The notes: a model not told the origin generated them from the sequence alone. A stretch of DNA of 64,000 nucleotides from Marsupella aquatica (GCA_973895155.1 OZ316891.1:15221037-15285036), one strand, 5' to 3'. Positions 26,864 through 40,345 are shown, counted from the first letter of the stretch. Made by a program: numbers and translations.

Positions 26864-28974
26864 AGTTATATTTAGAGAGTTAGAACCACATTAGTTTAGA
26901 CTTAGAAATAGCTATATAGACTAGTATATGAGTAAGTAGACTCCAGTATTTTGTTGGTGTATCCATTGGAAACTCTACTCCATTTTCGACTAGGATAGTT
27001 CACTTTTATTTACATATTTCTTTAGACTTGGGTTTTGAAGAGACATGTCTTTTCATAATCTCCACTTTTAGTACAAAAGGAGGAGAACCCAAAGTCAACC
27101 CCGGGGAGAGAGAGATGCATTTGATTTCCCCATTTTGATTTTGGAGAAATCTATGTCTTTTCTTCCCTTCTTTTTACCAAGATTAAGTAAAGAGAAGTTT
27201 CAACATTAGCAACCCTTTGAGTTGTTGTGCAATATTCAATGAATACTAGCGTGTGCCTATGATGATATTGGAAGATCAGCAAGGTCTGTGACCAATTCAT
27301 ATAGAAGATTCACCAAAGAGAAATTGGAATTTACGTGAAACTCAAATAAGCAATCTTAAGGATAGTAGGAGAAGTAAACCAATTCGAGTATCCTAGTACC
27401 GTCTTAAGCAAGACCAGAAAAGTGTCCCGGGTTGATTTACATTGTTGTCTTCTAAATTCAAGAGATGGAGAAGAGTTGCTATGAGAAATCAAAAAGCATA
27501 TACAATGTTGATTTCCGAATCTTAAATTAGGCCATAATCCTTATTGAAGGAGTGGTGATGGTCGGAATTCAATTTCCTTGCGCTTTGAAACCTCCTACCT
27601 ACTCTCTCTAGTTTCAATCTTTGTTAATTCTAGTCTTTATTATTGCATTGTGAATCCTAAGGATTACCCACTTGAGTTTGTGATTAAACACTTATGTTAA
27701 GGAGATCATTAGAAATCTCTCCAACCTAAGAATGTTGGTGTAAACTTCTCAAATTGTGTTAATTCAGTCTTTTCGATCTTATCCACTCCTAACGGGAACG
27801 AAATCGAGTTATTAAGGAGTAAATAGTCATTTATCTCTTTATCACCTTGCTACAACTACAGTGTTTGATATTTAAGCCAATAAAATTTTTGCTTTCCTTG
27901 TTTTCTTGACCAAGGTTATATTTTGCTGGCTTTTTGTGTTTTCTATTTTTTATTTTTATTTTTTCAATTGTTTTTGGAAAACCAAACATTTATTCATCAA
28001 CAGCAAAAATACATGGAACCCGCTTGAGAGGAGCAGTCCGCAAGATCAATGCTTTGCAAATTTCACAGCTCTCAAGCCCTAAATATTGTGTTGAGGGAGG
28101 ATGGTCCAAAATGAACGCCGCCAGGGATCAGGAACCAGGGAAGGAGGCGGATTCTGGAACCAACCTCCTTAGAGAGAAAAGTTTTAGAAATTCTTGTTGA
28201 AGAGGGCTGAATTCCCATGAATTGGAAAGGGGAGGCCCCCAGAGTGCCAAAAGACCTGCGCTTATATGGACCGGAGCGTTGGATAGGCATCCCACAATTG
28301 GGAGAGGAAAGCAAGATGCACCAAGCTCCCCGGACAAAGAGAGCATGATGAAAGGATTTCCGACGATTTCGATCACAGCCTGGATCCAGAGCACACCCGG
28401 TCAACGCAACAGCCTATCGGAGAATGGAGAATGCAACAGGCACAACCTTGTATTATAGATTTTAATTTGATTAATATTTATTTCAATTTCTTTATCTATT
28501 GCATTAAAAATAATGCTCCCATAGACCACAACATTGGTCTTCTGAAACCCCCATGGACCACATTTCCCAAAAATTGAGTATAATTGTAATAAATTGATTT
28601 CATAAATTCAAATGGTTTAAAGTTTTGAGGATGTGCTAGAGGAGCATAAAGCTACACTTTTATCCAAGTCACGATGAATTTTGGCCATTTTGGTCGAGTA
28701 AATCATCATGGCATGTGGACGGGTAAATTTCAATTGATTAATTTTCATTGTGTTAATATGAAATATTAGGGCTAGTGTTTTTTCATGTTTCCTCCTTCTC
28801 TAGTTGCCTTGCAGATAAAAAACTGAAATGATCTCAAGAATCATAATCATCAAGTTATAAATACAAAACTCCCATGGATGACCAAAATGGGCTCGACGGG
28901 AGCACTGTGTTCAACATGGAGGTCCATTGGAGCTTCAATTTCATTTTATTTGTAACTAACCCAATACCTGTGCG

Positions 28975-29420
28975 TGGCACAAAAGATGTTGAGATGAAAA
29001 GAGATGTCAAGGTGAAAAAAGATGTCGATGTGAAAAAGTTGTTGATGAGAGAAAAAGATGTCAAGGTGAAGAAAAAATTTTGGGTGAAAAAAATTGTCGA
29101 TGAGTACAAAGGATATCAAGGCAAAGAAAAGACATTGGTGTGAAAAAAGTTGTCAATGAAAGAAAAAGATGTCGAGGTGAGGAAAAGAAATCAAAGTGAA
29201 AAAAAGATGTTGAGGAGGGAAAATATGAAAAGATGAGGAAAACATGTCGAGGAGAGGAAAGATGTCGAGGGTGAGGGAAAAATATAATGGTGAGGTAAAG
29301 AACACAAAAAAATGCTCGTGCATTGCACAAAAGATGTCAAGGTGAAGAAAATATGTTGAAAGGAGAAACAAATGTCAAGGTGAGGCAAAGTTGTCGAGGA
29401 AACACAAAAAATGCAAACAA
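28975..29420. repeat. Degenerate AAGATGTCAAGGTGA array
   Basis: Same motif family as 18050-18550. Confidence 0.75.
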
Positions 29421-31663
29421 ACTCATTCCCTATGCATTGCAAAAAAAGATATTGCATAAAAATGTCATTGTTTGATGATGTTTATCATTGTTCCAAAAAT
29501 GTTATCATTTTGGTCATTATTGCGAACCTGTTATTGTTGAGTATGAAGACAAGAACCTGGAGATGCAAGATAGTGATAGTGGCCATTACATCACGGAGTG
29601 GTAACATGATCACCCAAAAAAAAGATGCAATTTTTATTAAGATTACAATTCTTAATATTTGTAATACATAAAAAATACATTAAAATACATTAAAATATAC
29701 ATAATAATTTTTAAATGGGGGGCAGGAAAATACAAAATAATCTCACGTTATCCCCATCTCTGTTTTCCCCTACCTTTTTCATTCTCCTCTTCGTCAAATT
29801 TTCTTCCTTTTTCCTTTATCTGGTCCTCCCCCTTTTTTTCCCTCCATGCCAATTTCTTGTTACCTTCTCCTTGATCTTTGGATATTGCTTTATATTTATA
29901 CCTTTATGAGAATATAACAACTGCACCCTTGAGAGTTGTACTCCCTATGGGAGAGTAAAAATGACAATCTAGTACAATTCATAATTGTGTTCTCAAGTAC
30001 AATTGTTTTGTGTACCTTGGCCATGGAACCAAAGTGGAACTATTTCATACATCAAACTGTCACAAAAAGTTACCCAAACGATCTAACAGCTGTCATTCAT
30101 TCCCGTCCAAAATGCATTTTATAACGGACTAAGGACTAAAACGAGCGGGATTCAATATTATAGATGTAGATAGATCTGAGACTTTTGATTTGTTTAAGTA
30201 AGGACAATGAGTGCAACTTTATTCCACCTGGAATAGAACTGATTCTGGAAAGTTTGGGCAAAATTAGCCCCAGTCCACTACTTAAATTAACTCATGTACA
30301 AAGCATGTTGCATGCATTTGGTGCTCTTTAGCCTCTTCTTATAACAGATAAACAAAACACGCTCTGGTGTATGTACTATTTTTAGAAAGAAATCTATAGT
30401 GGTGATATGATGGCCAAAGATGGACCAGACCTTGAAAAGTGAAGCTGCCTTGAAGTGTGGCAAATATATGAGAATCTGAGTATGCTTTATTTTTGTCAAG
30501 TTCAATATCTTACCCATGGTGTTCACGTTAAATAAAGTCAAAAGTTTGAACAATAATCAAAAGTTATGCCCTGGAACCATTCAAGACCCCTTTCAAAAAT
30601 TACATGAAATCGGGGGCAGCTTAAAATTACATCCTAAATATATGTGGGGGACTGCCATTTTCATGAAATGATAATAGGACCAGTGCAAATAGGATTCAAC
30701 ATGATACCATTACTGTTTCCTGACGTTTGAGCTAATTAGGTTGGGTATGGCAAGAATCAATATGATCACCACATTCAATCACTTTTAGGAACTTATTTGA
30801 CTTCCTCAAAATGGTCTCAAAAGTGGTTATTAAACAGTGTTATTTTATTCACAATATGGGTTTTTAGAGATTGTGATCTTCTTGTGGGCTCACTCCCTCT
30901 AACGATATATTGTGGAGGTTCCTTTATTGAAAGCATTCATAGACATGTATCTCAACTTATTGTTTTGAATTGTGCTAAGAGTTTAATTATTTATAATAGA
31001 GAATTGTCTTCTCAATTTCCAAGGGAATTCTCAGAAGCCAAGATGAGACCCCTGAACAAGTATGACTCGTCTATTGAATACGCTGTTGGTAATTAGAAAC
31101 TAAATTGCACCCAGCAAATGTGGATGGTTTCTAATGGCAAAGAGTAGGACACGTAAACCATTTCAGGTATATTAGTTTCACTGGCTTTCACCCATGGCTT
31201 TACACGATAAAGCCCTCAAATAAACCTTTGTAAGATGATTATCAAACTGAGTTGTCGTGGCGTAGAGCTCTTAGTCATTGATTCGAGTATTGCAAGTTCA
31301 ATCCTAGAGCTATTGAAGTATGGATTGATCTTAGCCCTTGATTTGAGTACTCCTAGCTCAATCCGGACCTCATTTCTTCATTAAAATTTCTTTATTGGAA
31401 CACAGATAGCCGAGATAATCCTGGCCACCTGCTTCTTCTGTATTTATCTATAAATATAAATATGGGGGGCATATCCCCTACTTGCTGGTTGATCCAGAGT
31501 GAGCTCGTATAGTAGGTTGATTAATGAAGGGAAGCATCATCACCAACCTTTGCATTTGCATTAGTCTTGGAGGGTTTCATATTTGTTTTCTCGAAGCACT
31601 CATGAGCGTTGGAATAGCTTTGCAATAATGTCGTAGAGGTTGATTGCGAGGTTACGAAATTCT

Positions 31664-32689
31664 TCAGAGGTCATAATCATCGAGAGAGGCCATGAGATGA
31701 GGGCCTGGAGAGTTTCGAGCACTTGCACGAGCACTGCTTCGATGACTACGAGTGGGTGGGGTCTCCCGAGGGTCAAATCCGGGACGCCCGGGGGAGTGGC
31801 TTCGAGATGGGAGTCGAGATGGCGCTCGTGATGAGATTCGAGACGCATTCCTTGATGGAATTCGAGGTGACCCACCTCTCGGAACATACCCACCTCGTCC
31901 ACCTCTCGATGGACCTCCTATGAGAGGGCCAGGGCTCCCTGCTCCGGAGATGGACAAGTTTGCTGCGCCTCGGAGTCGTTGTCCCTTCGCACCGATGGCG
32001 TGTCTGCGGCCTCTAGATCTCCGTCTTCTCTTTCGTCTCCTTCTATGGCGTCGTCGTCCCTTTCTGTGAGATCTCCCTCTCCCCTTCCTATGGCGTCGAG
32101 ATCTTCCTCTTCGTCTTCTTCTTCTTCTCCTTCGTCTACGATGCTTCCTACCTCGCTTTCTTCCCTTACTCTTCCTTCCTCTTCTTCTCCTCCTTCTTCG
32201 CCTTCTCCCTTTTCTTCTCCCTCTCCTCCTTCTGCGGCCTTTGCGACGGTGGTGTCGCCTTCGTCGTCTTCTAGCTTCAGCGATTGGCACTAGTTTGAAT
32301 CCCCTTCTGGTCTTGATGATCTTTCCTTGTTTTTGGAGCTTTTTGAGGACTGCGTTCAAACGCCTGGTGCCGGTGCTGCTTGTCAACGCGAATCCGTAAC
32401 TGTCCTTAATGTCTTGCTTTATACTGTTGATTGGGCAACCTCCCTTCTTCTTCAGCTTTGCAATGGTTGATTGCACAGCATTTGTGAGTCCTCTTGCGCT
32501 CTTTACATCAGCAGGATGCCTGGCCATTGGCCCCACGGAGCCCTCGTTGGAGGCACTGTCATCTCGACTAGGACCTCGGGACCGTGTTGAACCCATTGCA
32601 GATGATCCGTCAGATGAGTAGCCTTGAAACTCAGATTTTTCAGAATAAGCGCTTGAAATGCTATGACTCCTCTTTGGCCGAGACTTCAT
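31664..32689 (-). CDS. Histone H1-derived protamine-like sperm nuclear basic protein, paralog 1 (~341 aa from ATG MKSRPKR)
   Basis: Ser-rich N-terminus, then a linker-histone globular domain (AVQSTIAKLKKKGGCPINSIKQDIKDSYG...LNAVLKKLQKQGKIIKTRRGFKL). Followed by a ~90-aa poly-Arg/His/Gly/Lys tract, SR-type repeats and an acidic end (DDYDL). The ATG at 32689 aligns with the paralog start and is preceded by an acceptor-like TGCAG. Confidence 0.88.
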   Translation of the reverse strand: MKSRPKRSHSISSAYSEKSEFQGYSSDGSSAMGSTRSRGPSRDDSASNEGSVGPMARHPADVKSARGLTNAVQSTIAKLKKKGGCPINSIKQDIKDSYGFALTSSTGTRRLNAVLKKLQKQGKIIKTRRGFKLVPIAEARRRRRRHHRRKGRRRRRGRRKGRRRRRRRRRGRKSKGRKRGRKHRRRRRRRRRRRGRSRRHRKGRGRSHRKGRRRHRRRRKRRRRSRGRRHAIGAKGQRLRGAANLSISGAGSPGPLIGGPSRGGRGGYVPRGGSPRIPSRNASRISSRAPSRLPSRSHSPGRPGFDPRETPPTRSHRSSARASARNSPGPHLMASLDDYDL

Positions 32690-35600
32690 GATCAACTGCA
32701 CAATATCTTTACTTGCTAATACCAGACCATGACTTGTGAGATCCAATTAGAGTGATGAAGATAATTTACAGTGACTCTGGAGTAATCTAAGACGGGAGCA
32801 TAGGTCCCAAGAGACAGGACATTTACTTATATGAACTATGGAGAAGAACATTGCAGATTGTAAACGGCATTGTGGTCAATCTTGGATTTTGACAATCTCT
32901 TAACTTTAGACCACACAATCTGGAACAAAGAAACGGCCCCCCTCACGGAGACCAGGAGTTTCAGCAATGAGGAACTCGAAGGGGCACATATTGACCACTT
33001 TTGGCATGAATCAACGCACACGGATCACAAGGTCGAACCCCGCGACTGTTTGCATCAACCATCATGCCTTCTCATTGTAGCAGCCATGGATCAATCTTAC
33101 GACCTTTCACCGCAAACACCATCTACTGTAGTAGGTCGAAAGGGTGAGTGAGGATTTTTTGCATTCGAGTGAATGTTATTCGAAACAACAAATGTCTTAC
33201 ACTTGGAACGAAAAGTTGCAAGTCATGGCAAAGGATACCATCAGGGGTACCGTTGGACTACGAACTTGCTGAGCCTCGTAGGAATGGTTGGACGAGCCCC
33301 CGGACGAGCCGATTCGCCAACGGAAAATCCAGTTGACACAATTTGTAGAATGGTTGGACGAGCCGATTCGCAAACGGAAAATCAAGTACACAGATTTTGT
33401 AACGCAAGGGACGAGGTTTCTCACCAAAGTAAACGATAACTATTTTTGAGAAATGAAATCTGAAACGACGTTGCACGAGTCCAAAGGCACCAGAGTAACA
33501 ATGGACTTAGGTGTACACATGTGAGCTGAAAACTTTGCGTGTACTCGAAGTGGTAATCCACTGTTTAACTGCTCTATTGCAATAGTTGAAGGCACCCATT
33601 TCACTGGTAGGAAAAACCCAAATTCACTCTACAGACTATGGAATCCTGTCTGAGACAACCGACTCACCTATTCTTCCACATTTCTATCATCAGCCGTCTA
33701 ACTCGGTTCAGATTAGACTTGTGGTGAACGGATTCAGCTAGCTACACTGTACCTGGTTTAAAGTGGGAGTTACTTTCTTGAGCATTCACTGGAATTGTAG
33801 ACTTCTACTCCTGGGACTATGACGAATTTATTTGCGTCTTAAAAAAAAAGGCCATAATGTTGTATAAAAACATGAACACCTGCCGTGAACCAAAACCGAG
33901 GTCATCAACAAGAGAAACACTACGACAGTCGCATATTGCATTGGAAAAATAGTCAGTCAACGACCGTAAACCCTGCCGTAAACATGAAAACTGTGCATAC
34001 ACGAACACATTGCAAAGAATGAAATTTCCAATTCCACCAATCCATCAAATGAATTTTTCTCGTAAATCATGTCATACGGAGGTACCTAGCTTGTACAACG
34101 CCTACAAGCTGTTTTAATTACTTCTTGAGGCAATTCTCTTCACTAACAAGCAAATGTGTATAATGATTCCAGAAACCTCTGTAGTGTAATAACTTGTGCG
34201 TCGAGCCATGGTGTGACTAGGTCGTTTGGTAGGTAGCGTTTGTGCTTACTAATTGAAGCAACCAAATTGTAACCTCAAGTTGGGCTTAGGTGGGTTTCCC
34301 AGTGCTTCAAAAGTAGGAAATGGCATCAGCAGTTACCCATGCCGGATGCCTATCTACTGTACGACGTAACACAAGTCAGGAACAGATAAAAATAAGTATT
34401 CCTCATTTAGCAAGGAGATCAAGTTACCATACTGATCAGCAAATTCTATCTTCGGAAGAGAAGCCTGTAATCTTGACCAGCATCCCTCTACAGGACTTCA
34501 AAATCAAAATCTCAAAGATTAAACAATGACCCAAAAATGTGATAGAACTACGCAGAGACAGATTCAGATGCGTGCAGAGAGTTCGGAGAAATTTGTGGAC
34601 TTGACATGGAATCATTTACCGCCTTTTGATATGTACTGTAGAGCACAACCAAGTTTCCCATCAGTCACTACTTGTGGAGCGGGAGATTCTATGTTATTGG
34701 CAACAAGAAATTGGAAATTGGACATTTAGAGTGTAGTAGGGTTTCTGTTGTTGGCTTCCCATGATACGTGTCCGCACGAAACTAGTCACGTACTGGAGTC
34801 ATTTCGTGTTTGTCTTCACCTCAGACAGTACCTGCGCTACTTAATAACACGTCCTGACTATTGACATCGCTGTTCCGCATTAACTAAGACCATATGACAA
34901 TGGTGGTACATCCAAGGCAACTGCTGCTCTTGCCTCCTATTCATCTTCGTTTGTTTCGATGCTGGAGCATCTCACCGGGATATTTTCAGATTGTCTGAGT
35001 TATGTGCTAGCATGTGCTAGCAGATTACTTCATATATGATTCAGTTACCTCCAATCCCGAAGGAAGCATTGCATATAGGAACATTGGAGAATGACTAGTA
35101 GAAATCACATTCACGTTTCAATTGGTTAAATGAATCGATTCAAATTATTGGCTACGTCTTTGTATGAGATCGCCACTATTCCTCATTGAGCACAGGAGTG
35201 AGATTACCAAGTTTGGTTTCAACAGCGATCTGATTCTGTTTGCTTGGCGAGGCCAATGGTGAGCCGAAGTGGTTGCAAGATGTCTTGAATAATAGTGATC
35301 AACGTGATCTAAAGATTGAGCATCTCGTTGTCGCTAGCAGGGCTCCAATACGCGACACTCAAACAGTGAGGGAAAATTATGATTTGGACCCAGGCCACTC
35401 TTCCCCGAACATGGCGCTGTATTTGAGTAGTGGACCAGCGTGCGCTTTATTCTAATAATGCATACCCTGGGCGTTGTTCGACTTTGACTCTTTGTTTGGG
35501 AATGGTTTTACTTGTGTTCTGTTTGTAAATTTACATTGTGTTCTAGTATTGACATTTGAGTTCTTGCCGCCTAAATCTAAAGGAGTCTGGCTCACTATAG

Positions 35601-35892
35601 ATAGACTCACATCAAAAGCTCTAATGAATATTTTTTAACAGCTTTTGAGGACATTGTCACTTATTTATGTTATACAGGAAATAACAGACTGAGCTCGGGT
35701 CATAGAACTAGCGACCAGTCTCCATCCTATGGACGTAACTTAGAACCTTGATCTTTGTCCTCATCAAGCCACTTTTTGCCACTTTTTGCCACTTTTTGTT
35801 GTTGTTGCCTTGAAAGAGGAAAGTAGACTCATCCAACAGAGTATCATAGATGTTCTACTTTGGAGTATATCTTTGGAGTATATATGCACCAG

Positions 35893-36075
35893 TGTAGGGT
35901 AGCCCACAAGGGGAACTGTACCCAGGGATCCGACAGGGACGCAGACCAGGAGGGAGAGAGGGTTAACCAGGGCCCCAAAGCGGGCTACCCAGGGGCTGAG
36001 GAGAAACCAGAACTCCCATCACTGCACCCCACCCACACATACACAGTCACACATATCCTCCACACCCCTTGCGTG
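35893..36075. repeat. Dispersed repeat shared with 52333-52555
   Basis: TGTAGGGTAGCCC and ACCAGGAGGGAGAGAGGGTTA occur in both. Confidence 0.55.
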
Positions 36076-36364
36076 TGAAGGGGCAATTGAAACTGACACA
36101 TCTCGGTTCTATTCGTCCCCTGGTCAATTGACCAAAGCCAGCTGGTTCTCATCAAGCCACTTTTGATCCGCTGAGGTAAAGAGAATAACAAATGCCTGAT
36201 GTGTATCCTAGATCGAGCTCCTCACTAGACGCCAACTACTCACACATTGAGCCACACTGCGTAAAATTTTGATATTCACTTTAAGCTGGCTGGGTTTAAA
36301 ATTGCCAAGAGTAACTAAACCTAGTACACATTTTCTGGCAAAGGTTGTCAAGAGTTTTTTGGCA

Positions 36365-36518
36365 ACTCGAACACAACATCGAACTCAAACACAACGCCCT
36401 AGCACTGTGTTAAAGTGGCGTTGTGTTTGCAAAAAACCATATTTATTAGTGAAGAGATCACTTTTTTCCCATTTTCAAACACAACACCCGGGCGTTGGTT
36501 GTGTTTGGGGGAAGACGG
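36365..36518. mobile_element. Right arm of the same Tc1/mariner-type MITE family
   Basis: AACACAACGCCC subrepeats ending GGGGGAAGACGG|TA. Confidence 0.7.
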
Positions 36519-36577
36519 TAGGGTTGCTTGAGAAAGTATATGGTCAACTGTACTTCTGGACTTATGCCGGGAGACAT

Positions 36578-36711
36578 TGTCGTGCGCATACATATCGCTA
36601 CACAACATACATCGCTTGTCACATACATCCAAACATAGTCACACTGCCATATCACAAACACAAGAGAATGGAATACAAGTGGAACTCATGTCCACACATG
36701 TCCAAAACCCA
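36578..36711 (-). repeat. Repeat A, terminal copy (134 bp)
   Basis: Direct repeat of 37045-37178; forms the element's 3' terminus next to the TSD. Confidence 0.93.
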
Positions 36712-36714
36712 CAA

Positions 36715-37042
36715 TAATCTCCATACAATCGGCACAACGATCCCGATCAACAATACCCCATCGATCCCGCACCGATCCGATCACACACGTATGTCAAGCC
36801 AACGCACCTTGCACTACTCAAGGAATCCACGTTACACAAGCGGAGCTCACAGCCACCATAGCCACTCAAGCTCCTCTCTCTCCAAGGCTCAACATTGAAA
36901 GATGACCTTTCAATGCCTCACAAGTGAGAAGTACCCTCTCACACAAACCTGACGGAACCTTATCGGCTCCAATAGCACTCATACCAAACGTACATACTCT
37001 AATAGCACGATATACTACTACACTACTCAGAATGGTGTGACA
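36715..37042 (-). repeat. Repeat B, 3' copy (328 bp)
   Basis: Direct repeat of 46611-46938. Confidence 0.93.
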
Positions 37043-37044
37043 GC

Positions 37045-37178
37045 TGTCGTGCGCATACATATCGCTACACAACATATATCGCTTGTCACATACATCCAAA
37101 CATAGTCACACTGTCACATCACAAACACAAGAGAATGGAATACAAGTGGAACTCATGTCCACACATGTCCAAAACCCA
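37045..37178 (-). repeat. Repeat A, inner copy (134 bp), directly after the PPT
   Basis: Matches 36578-36711 with about 3 substitutions. Confidence 0.93.
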
Positions 37179-37355
37179 TAATCGCCCCCCTAGTTGGGAG
37201 TAAGGTCCCCTAACTCTAGCTAGCCATGAGTTCTACAAGGTTGATATACACCTTTTTAGGTGTGAAGATCAGGAGGCCGGGTGCAAGTAAGCCCCATCGA
37301 TCACCTACCTGCAATCCATATCTGCCAAGAGAACACAAATGATAACTAGTCGGCT

Positions 37356-38900
37356 TCACCGACACTGAGGACACAACCATGATCCACTAGGAATCACCTG
37401 CAATGGTGGTGTCAAACATGACATGTGCCATCCTCTAGAACACTTATCACAAATAGTAGAACATAGTAGCTGCTCCTTGAGCAGATCCACACAACATACA
37501 TTTCAAGCCAGCACGAACATGTGCCAAGCTTGGATCTACTGTACCATCAATGTTGGGAAGGTGACATGGTGCACAGTTGCGCACATGATCCTTCCAAACC
37601 ATACCATCGCGTCCCTCCAACATCAGGACACCAGAAGGCAACACTTCACGCACACGTAAGATTGTCCGGCCTGCGGTCACATCAAGTGTTGTGGGTGCTG
37701 TCTGCTGCAAATAAACATAATCACCAGGATGAAATCGTCGAATGCTTGCACGGTAACCTCCTCCACGAATAGTGGCATACCTCAAAGTATCACGATGTTG
37801 GGCAATGGCAAGGTTGTCAAAAGCCATGGGCATCACTCTCTGAAATACCCGTGCTCTCTCTGAACACACCTTGACCCAAACATCAGGATCATCCAAGTTC
37901 ACAACTGGTGCAGCATCACGACGAATAGCTGCTGGCAAATCTGGCTCTCTACCATAGAGCAAAAAATAAGGTGAGAAGGATGCAAGTGATGCTTGCCGAC
38001 TGAAACGGTAGCCCATAGCTAACCAAGGTAGCTGGAGATCCCAATCTCCCAGATGACCAACCTGCAAGCCATACTTGCGCAATCCTCTCTTCACAGTTTG
38101 CACAACTCTCTCAGCTAATCCATCTGCCTTAGGATGATCACGAGAGGTAGTACGATGATCAATCAAAGCTTGTTCACACAAACTCTCAAACTCTCCACGG
38201 AACTCAGTTCCCTGATCAGTCAACACCTCAGCTGGTGCTCCAAAATGACTGAGTACACGATCCAAAAATGTAGCAGCAACCTCGAGGGGTTCACTTCCAC
38301 AAATGTTGACATCATGTGCGAACAAAGTAAGGGGCATTTTATTCATTTTAGGGAAGTACTTAGAAGTAGCGAGGAAGTAAGTAAGGGGGTAACAATTCAA
38401 AAAGTGCCACTTGTCATCACATGATTCATTGCTTGCCACATGTCAATAAATGATTGATGGGTTTTTTGAGCCTCCTATTCCTTTTTGAGAGAGTGATTAA
38501 ATAGGGGCGTTTGCACATGGTATACAATAATTTCATAAAGTGAACCCCCCAAGGCAGCAACTCCTCCACTGGCTTTATCTGGCAACGTCACTAGCTCAAT
38601 CCACTTGGAGAAGTGCTCCACCATGACCAAAATATACCGATTATGACGTTGGGTAAGAGGTAATGGACCAGCAAAATCCAAACTCCAACGATATCCCAAA
38701 CCCATGATCGACAACGGGTGCAACTGGGGAGTGGGAGCATTAAATGATGCTCTCACTCTATCATATACCACACACTTAGCTATCAATTGTTGGACATGAG
38801 TGTGCATACCACGCCACCAATACTGTCTGCAGCAAGCTGTAAGTGCACTTTACACCAAAGTGACCCAACTCCTCGTGCGCATGTCGCACCAAATGTACTC
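37356..38900 (-). pseudogene. DDE integrase with C-terminal PHD finger (MITE-interrupted, frameshifted)
   Basis: HEELGHFG zinc-binding region, WSLDFAGP, VLTDQGTEF, GLAERVVQTVK. Then CMLC and, after a frameshift, ICDKCSRGWHMSCLTPPL...WLCPQCR*. Confidence 0.9.
38281..38553. mobile_element. MITE, 273 bp, 8-bp TSD, inserted in the integrase
   Basis: TSD GCAGCAAC (38273-38280, 38554-38561). TIRs CTCGAGGGGTTCACT / AGTGAACCCCCCAAG. Removing it rejoins GVAA-TFLDRV. Confidence 0.88.
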
Positions 38901-39279
38901 TCTGTGATGGTTTTGGGACCACCAACACTCTGTCATCATGCAGTACTGTCAAAAGATGGTTTCCCTCCCATCAAAACCTCTTGGCTCTCTGTAGAACCCT
39001 GTCACGTTCCTTGGCATCAACACTACCAACAATAGAACCACTACGCAGATATTCCAACACTCTCACATCATTGTGAATATCTTGCTGTCCAGTAGTTACC
39101 TCACTAACATCCACATCTGAAGACTCATCATCCACTCCATCCAATGAGGTAGAGTCCACAGATCCACTGTATGCTGACACCCAACAAAGAAAGGCAGATG
39201 CATGCCATCCTGGCACCATCTCCTTATCTGACTCATCATGCCATCTGGCTCCAGTCTCATCTTGCTGACTGGTACATGG

Positions 39280-39644
39280 ATTGCGGCTTAATCCATCTGC
39301 ATCCAAGTTCACTTTTCCAGGCCTATGCACCACCTGGAAATCATACTCCCTGTAACAACAATGTCCATCGTGCAAGCTTTCCTATAAGCTTGTAAGACTC
39401 CATTAACCACTTAAGAGGCTGATGATCAGTGATCAAGGTGAAGGGGTTACCAAACAAGTAGCAACGAAAGTGTGCAATAGCCCACACTGCTGCCAAACAC
39501 TCTCCCTCATAAGAGCTATACTTAGCCTCTGCTGAATTGTTTGATCTACTGGCATAAGCCACAACAAACTCATTCCCCTCATCATCCTTCTGAGCCAGCA
39601 CTGCTCCAAGTCCTACTCCACTCCAATCAGTGTGTAGCTGAAAT
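39280..39644 (-). pseudogene. RNase H of the gypsy-DNMT element (interrupted upstream by a MITE; frameshifted near its end)
   Basis: FQLHTDWS..GLGAVL, VAYASR, YSSYEGECLAAVWA, ITDHQPLKWL, YDFQVVHRPGKVN.DADGLSR. Confidence 0.93.
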
Positions 39645-40282
39645 GGCCTCATTCACAATTGGGTGTACCTCGCAGGAACCACTTTTAGGACTCAAAAACA
39701 TACTTTTTTAGTGAAAAATGACTTTCGTAACATGGAAAAAGGTTCATCATGATTTTATCTGAAGACATTTAAGTCTATTTTTTTCACAATACTATTTTAC
39801 ATGGTGTAACCTACCTCACCATGTAGATACATCAAGTTTTCAACTATTTTAAGGGATCCTGTTATTGATGGCCCTAAATAAGCCAAAATTACTGATTATT
39901 TTTGTCCTGTACATAAAGGTTTAGTGTGTGTCACTATTTAAGTTTTGAAATATAAGATTATGCTATTAGTATGCATGCTTTGGTAAAATTTTATATTCTA
40001 AAATGCATTTTTTAGAGTCCTTTTGAGTCCTGAAATGATGTGACCCGTTGCGTGACAAGTCCTTTTATCAATCTTTGAAGGACATATAAGGAAAGCTTCA
40101 AAGTCTCAAATGCTAGATAGTTTAATGAATGTTACCAACCTATAGGATGTTTATTAAGTATAGTACATCAAATTTTCTATATCATCTCATTACACCCTAA
40201 AAATGATATCCTAAAGCATAATAAACTATGGTCACTTTTGAGTGTGACGTTCCTTTTGGGTCCTCCAATTGTGAATGAGGCC
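39645..40282. mobile_element. Non-autonomous DNA transposon, 638 bp, 4-bp TSD (Sola1-like?)
   Basis: Perfect 18-bp TIR GGCCTCATTCACAATTGG and TSD AAAT. Excision restores SGRPF-QLHTDW of the host RNase H. Confidence 0.88.
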
Positions 40283-40345
40283 AAATGGTCTGCCTGAAAT
40301 GGGTCTTCTCAAAAGAGGGGATGATGCCAACCTTTGCTTCAACTC

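Noticed and set aside
32690-32746. N-terminal extensions of the protamine-like ORFs from TTG starts (also 51172-51267)
   Set aside because: Non-ATG starts in a eukaryote. Both paralogs align from MKSR, and AG acceptor-like sites precede the ATGs.
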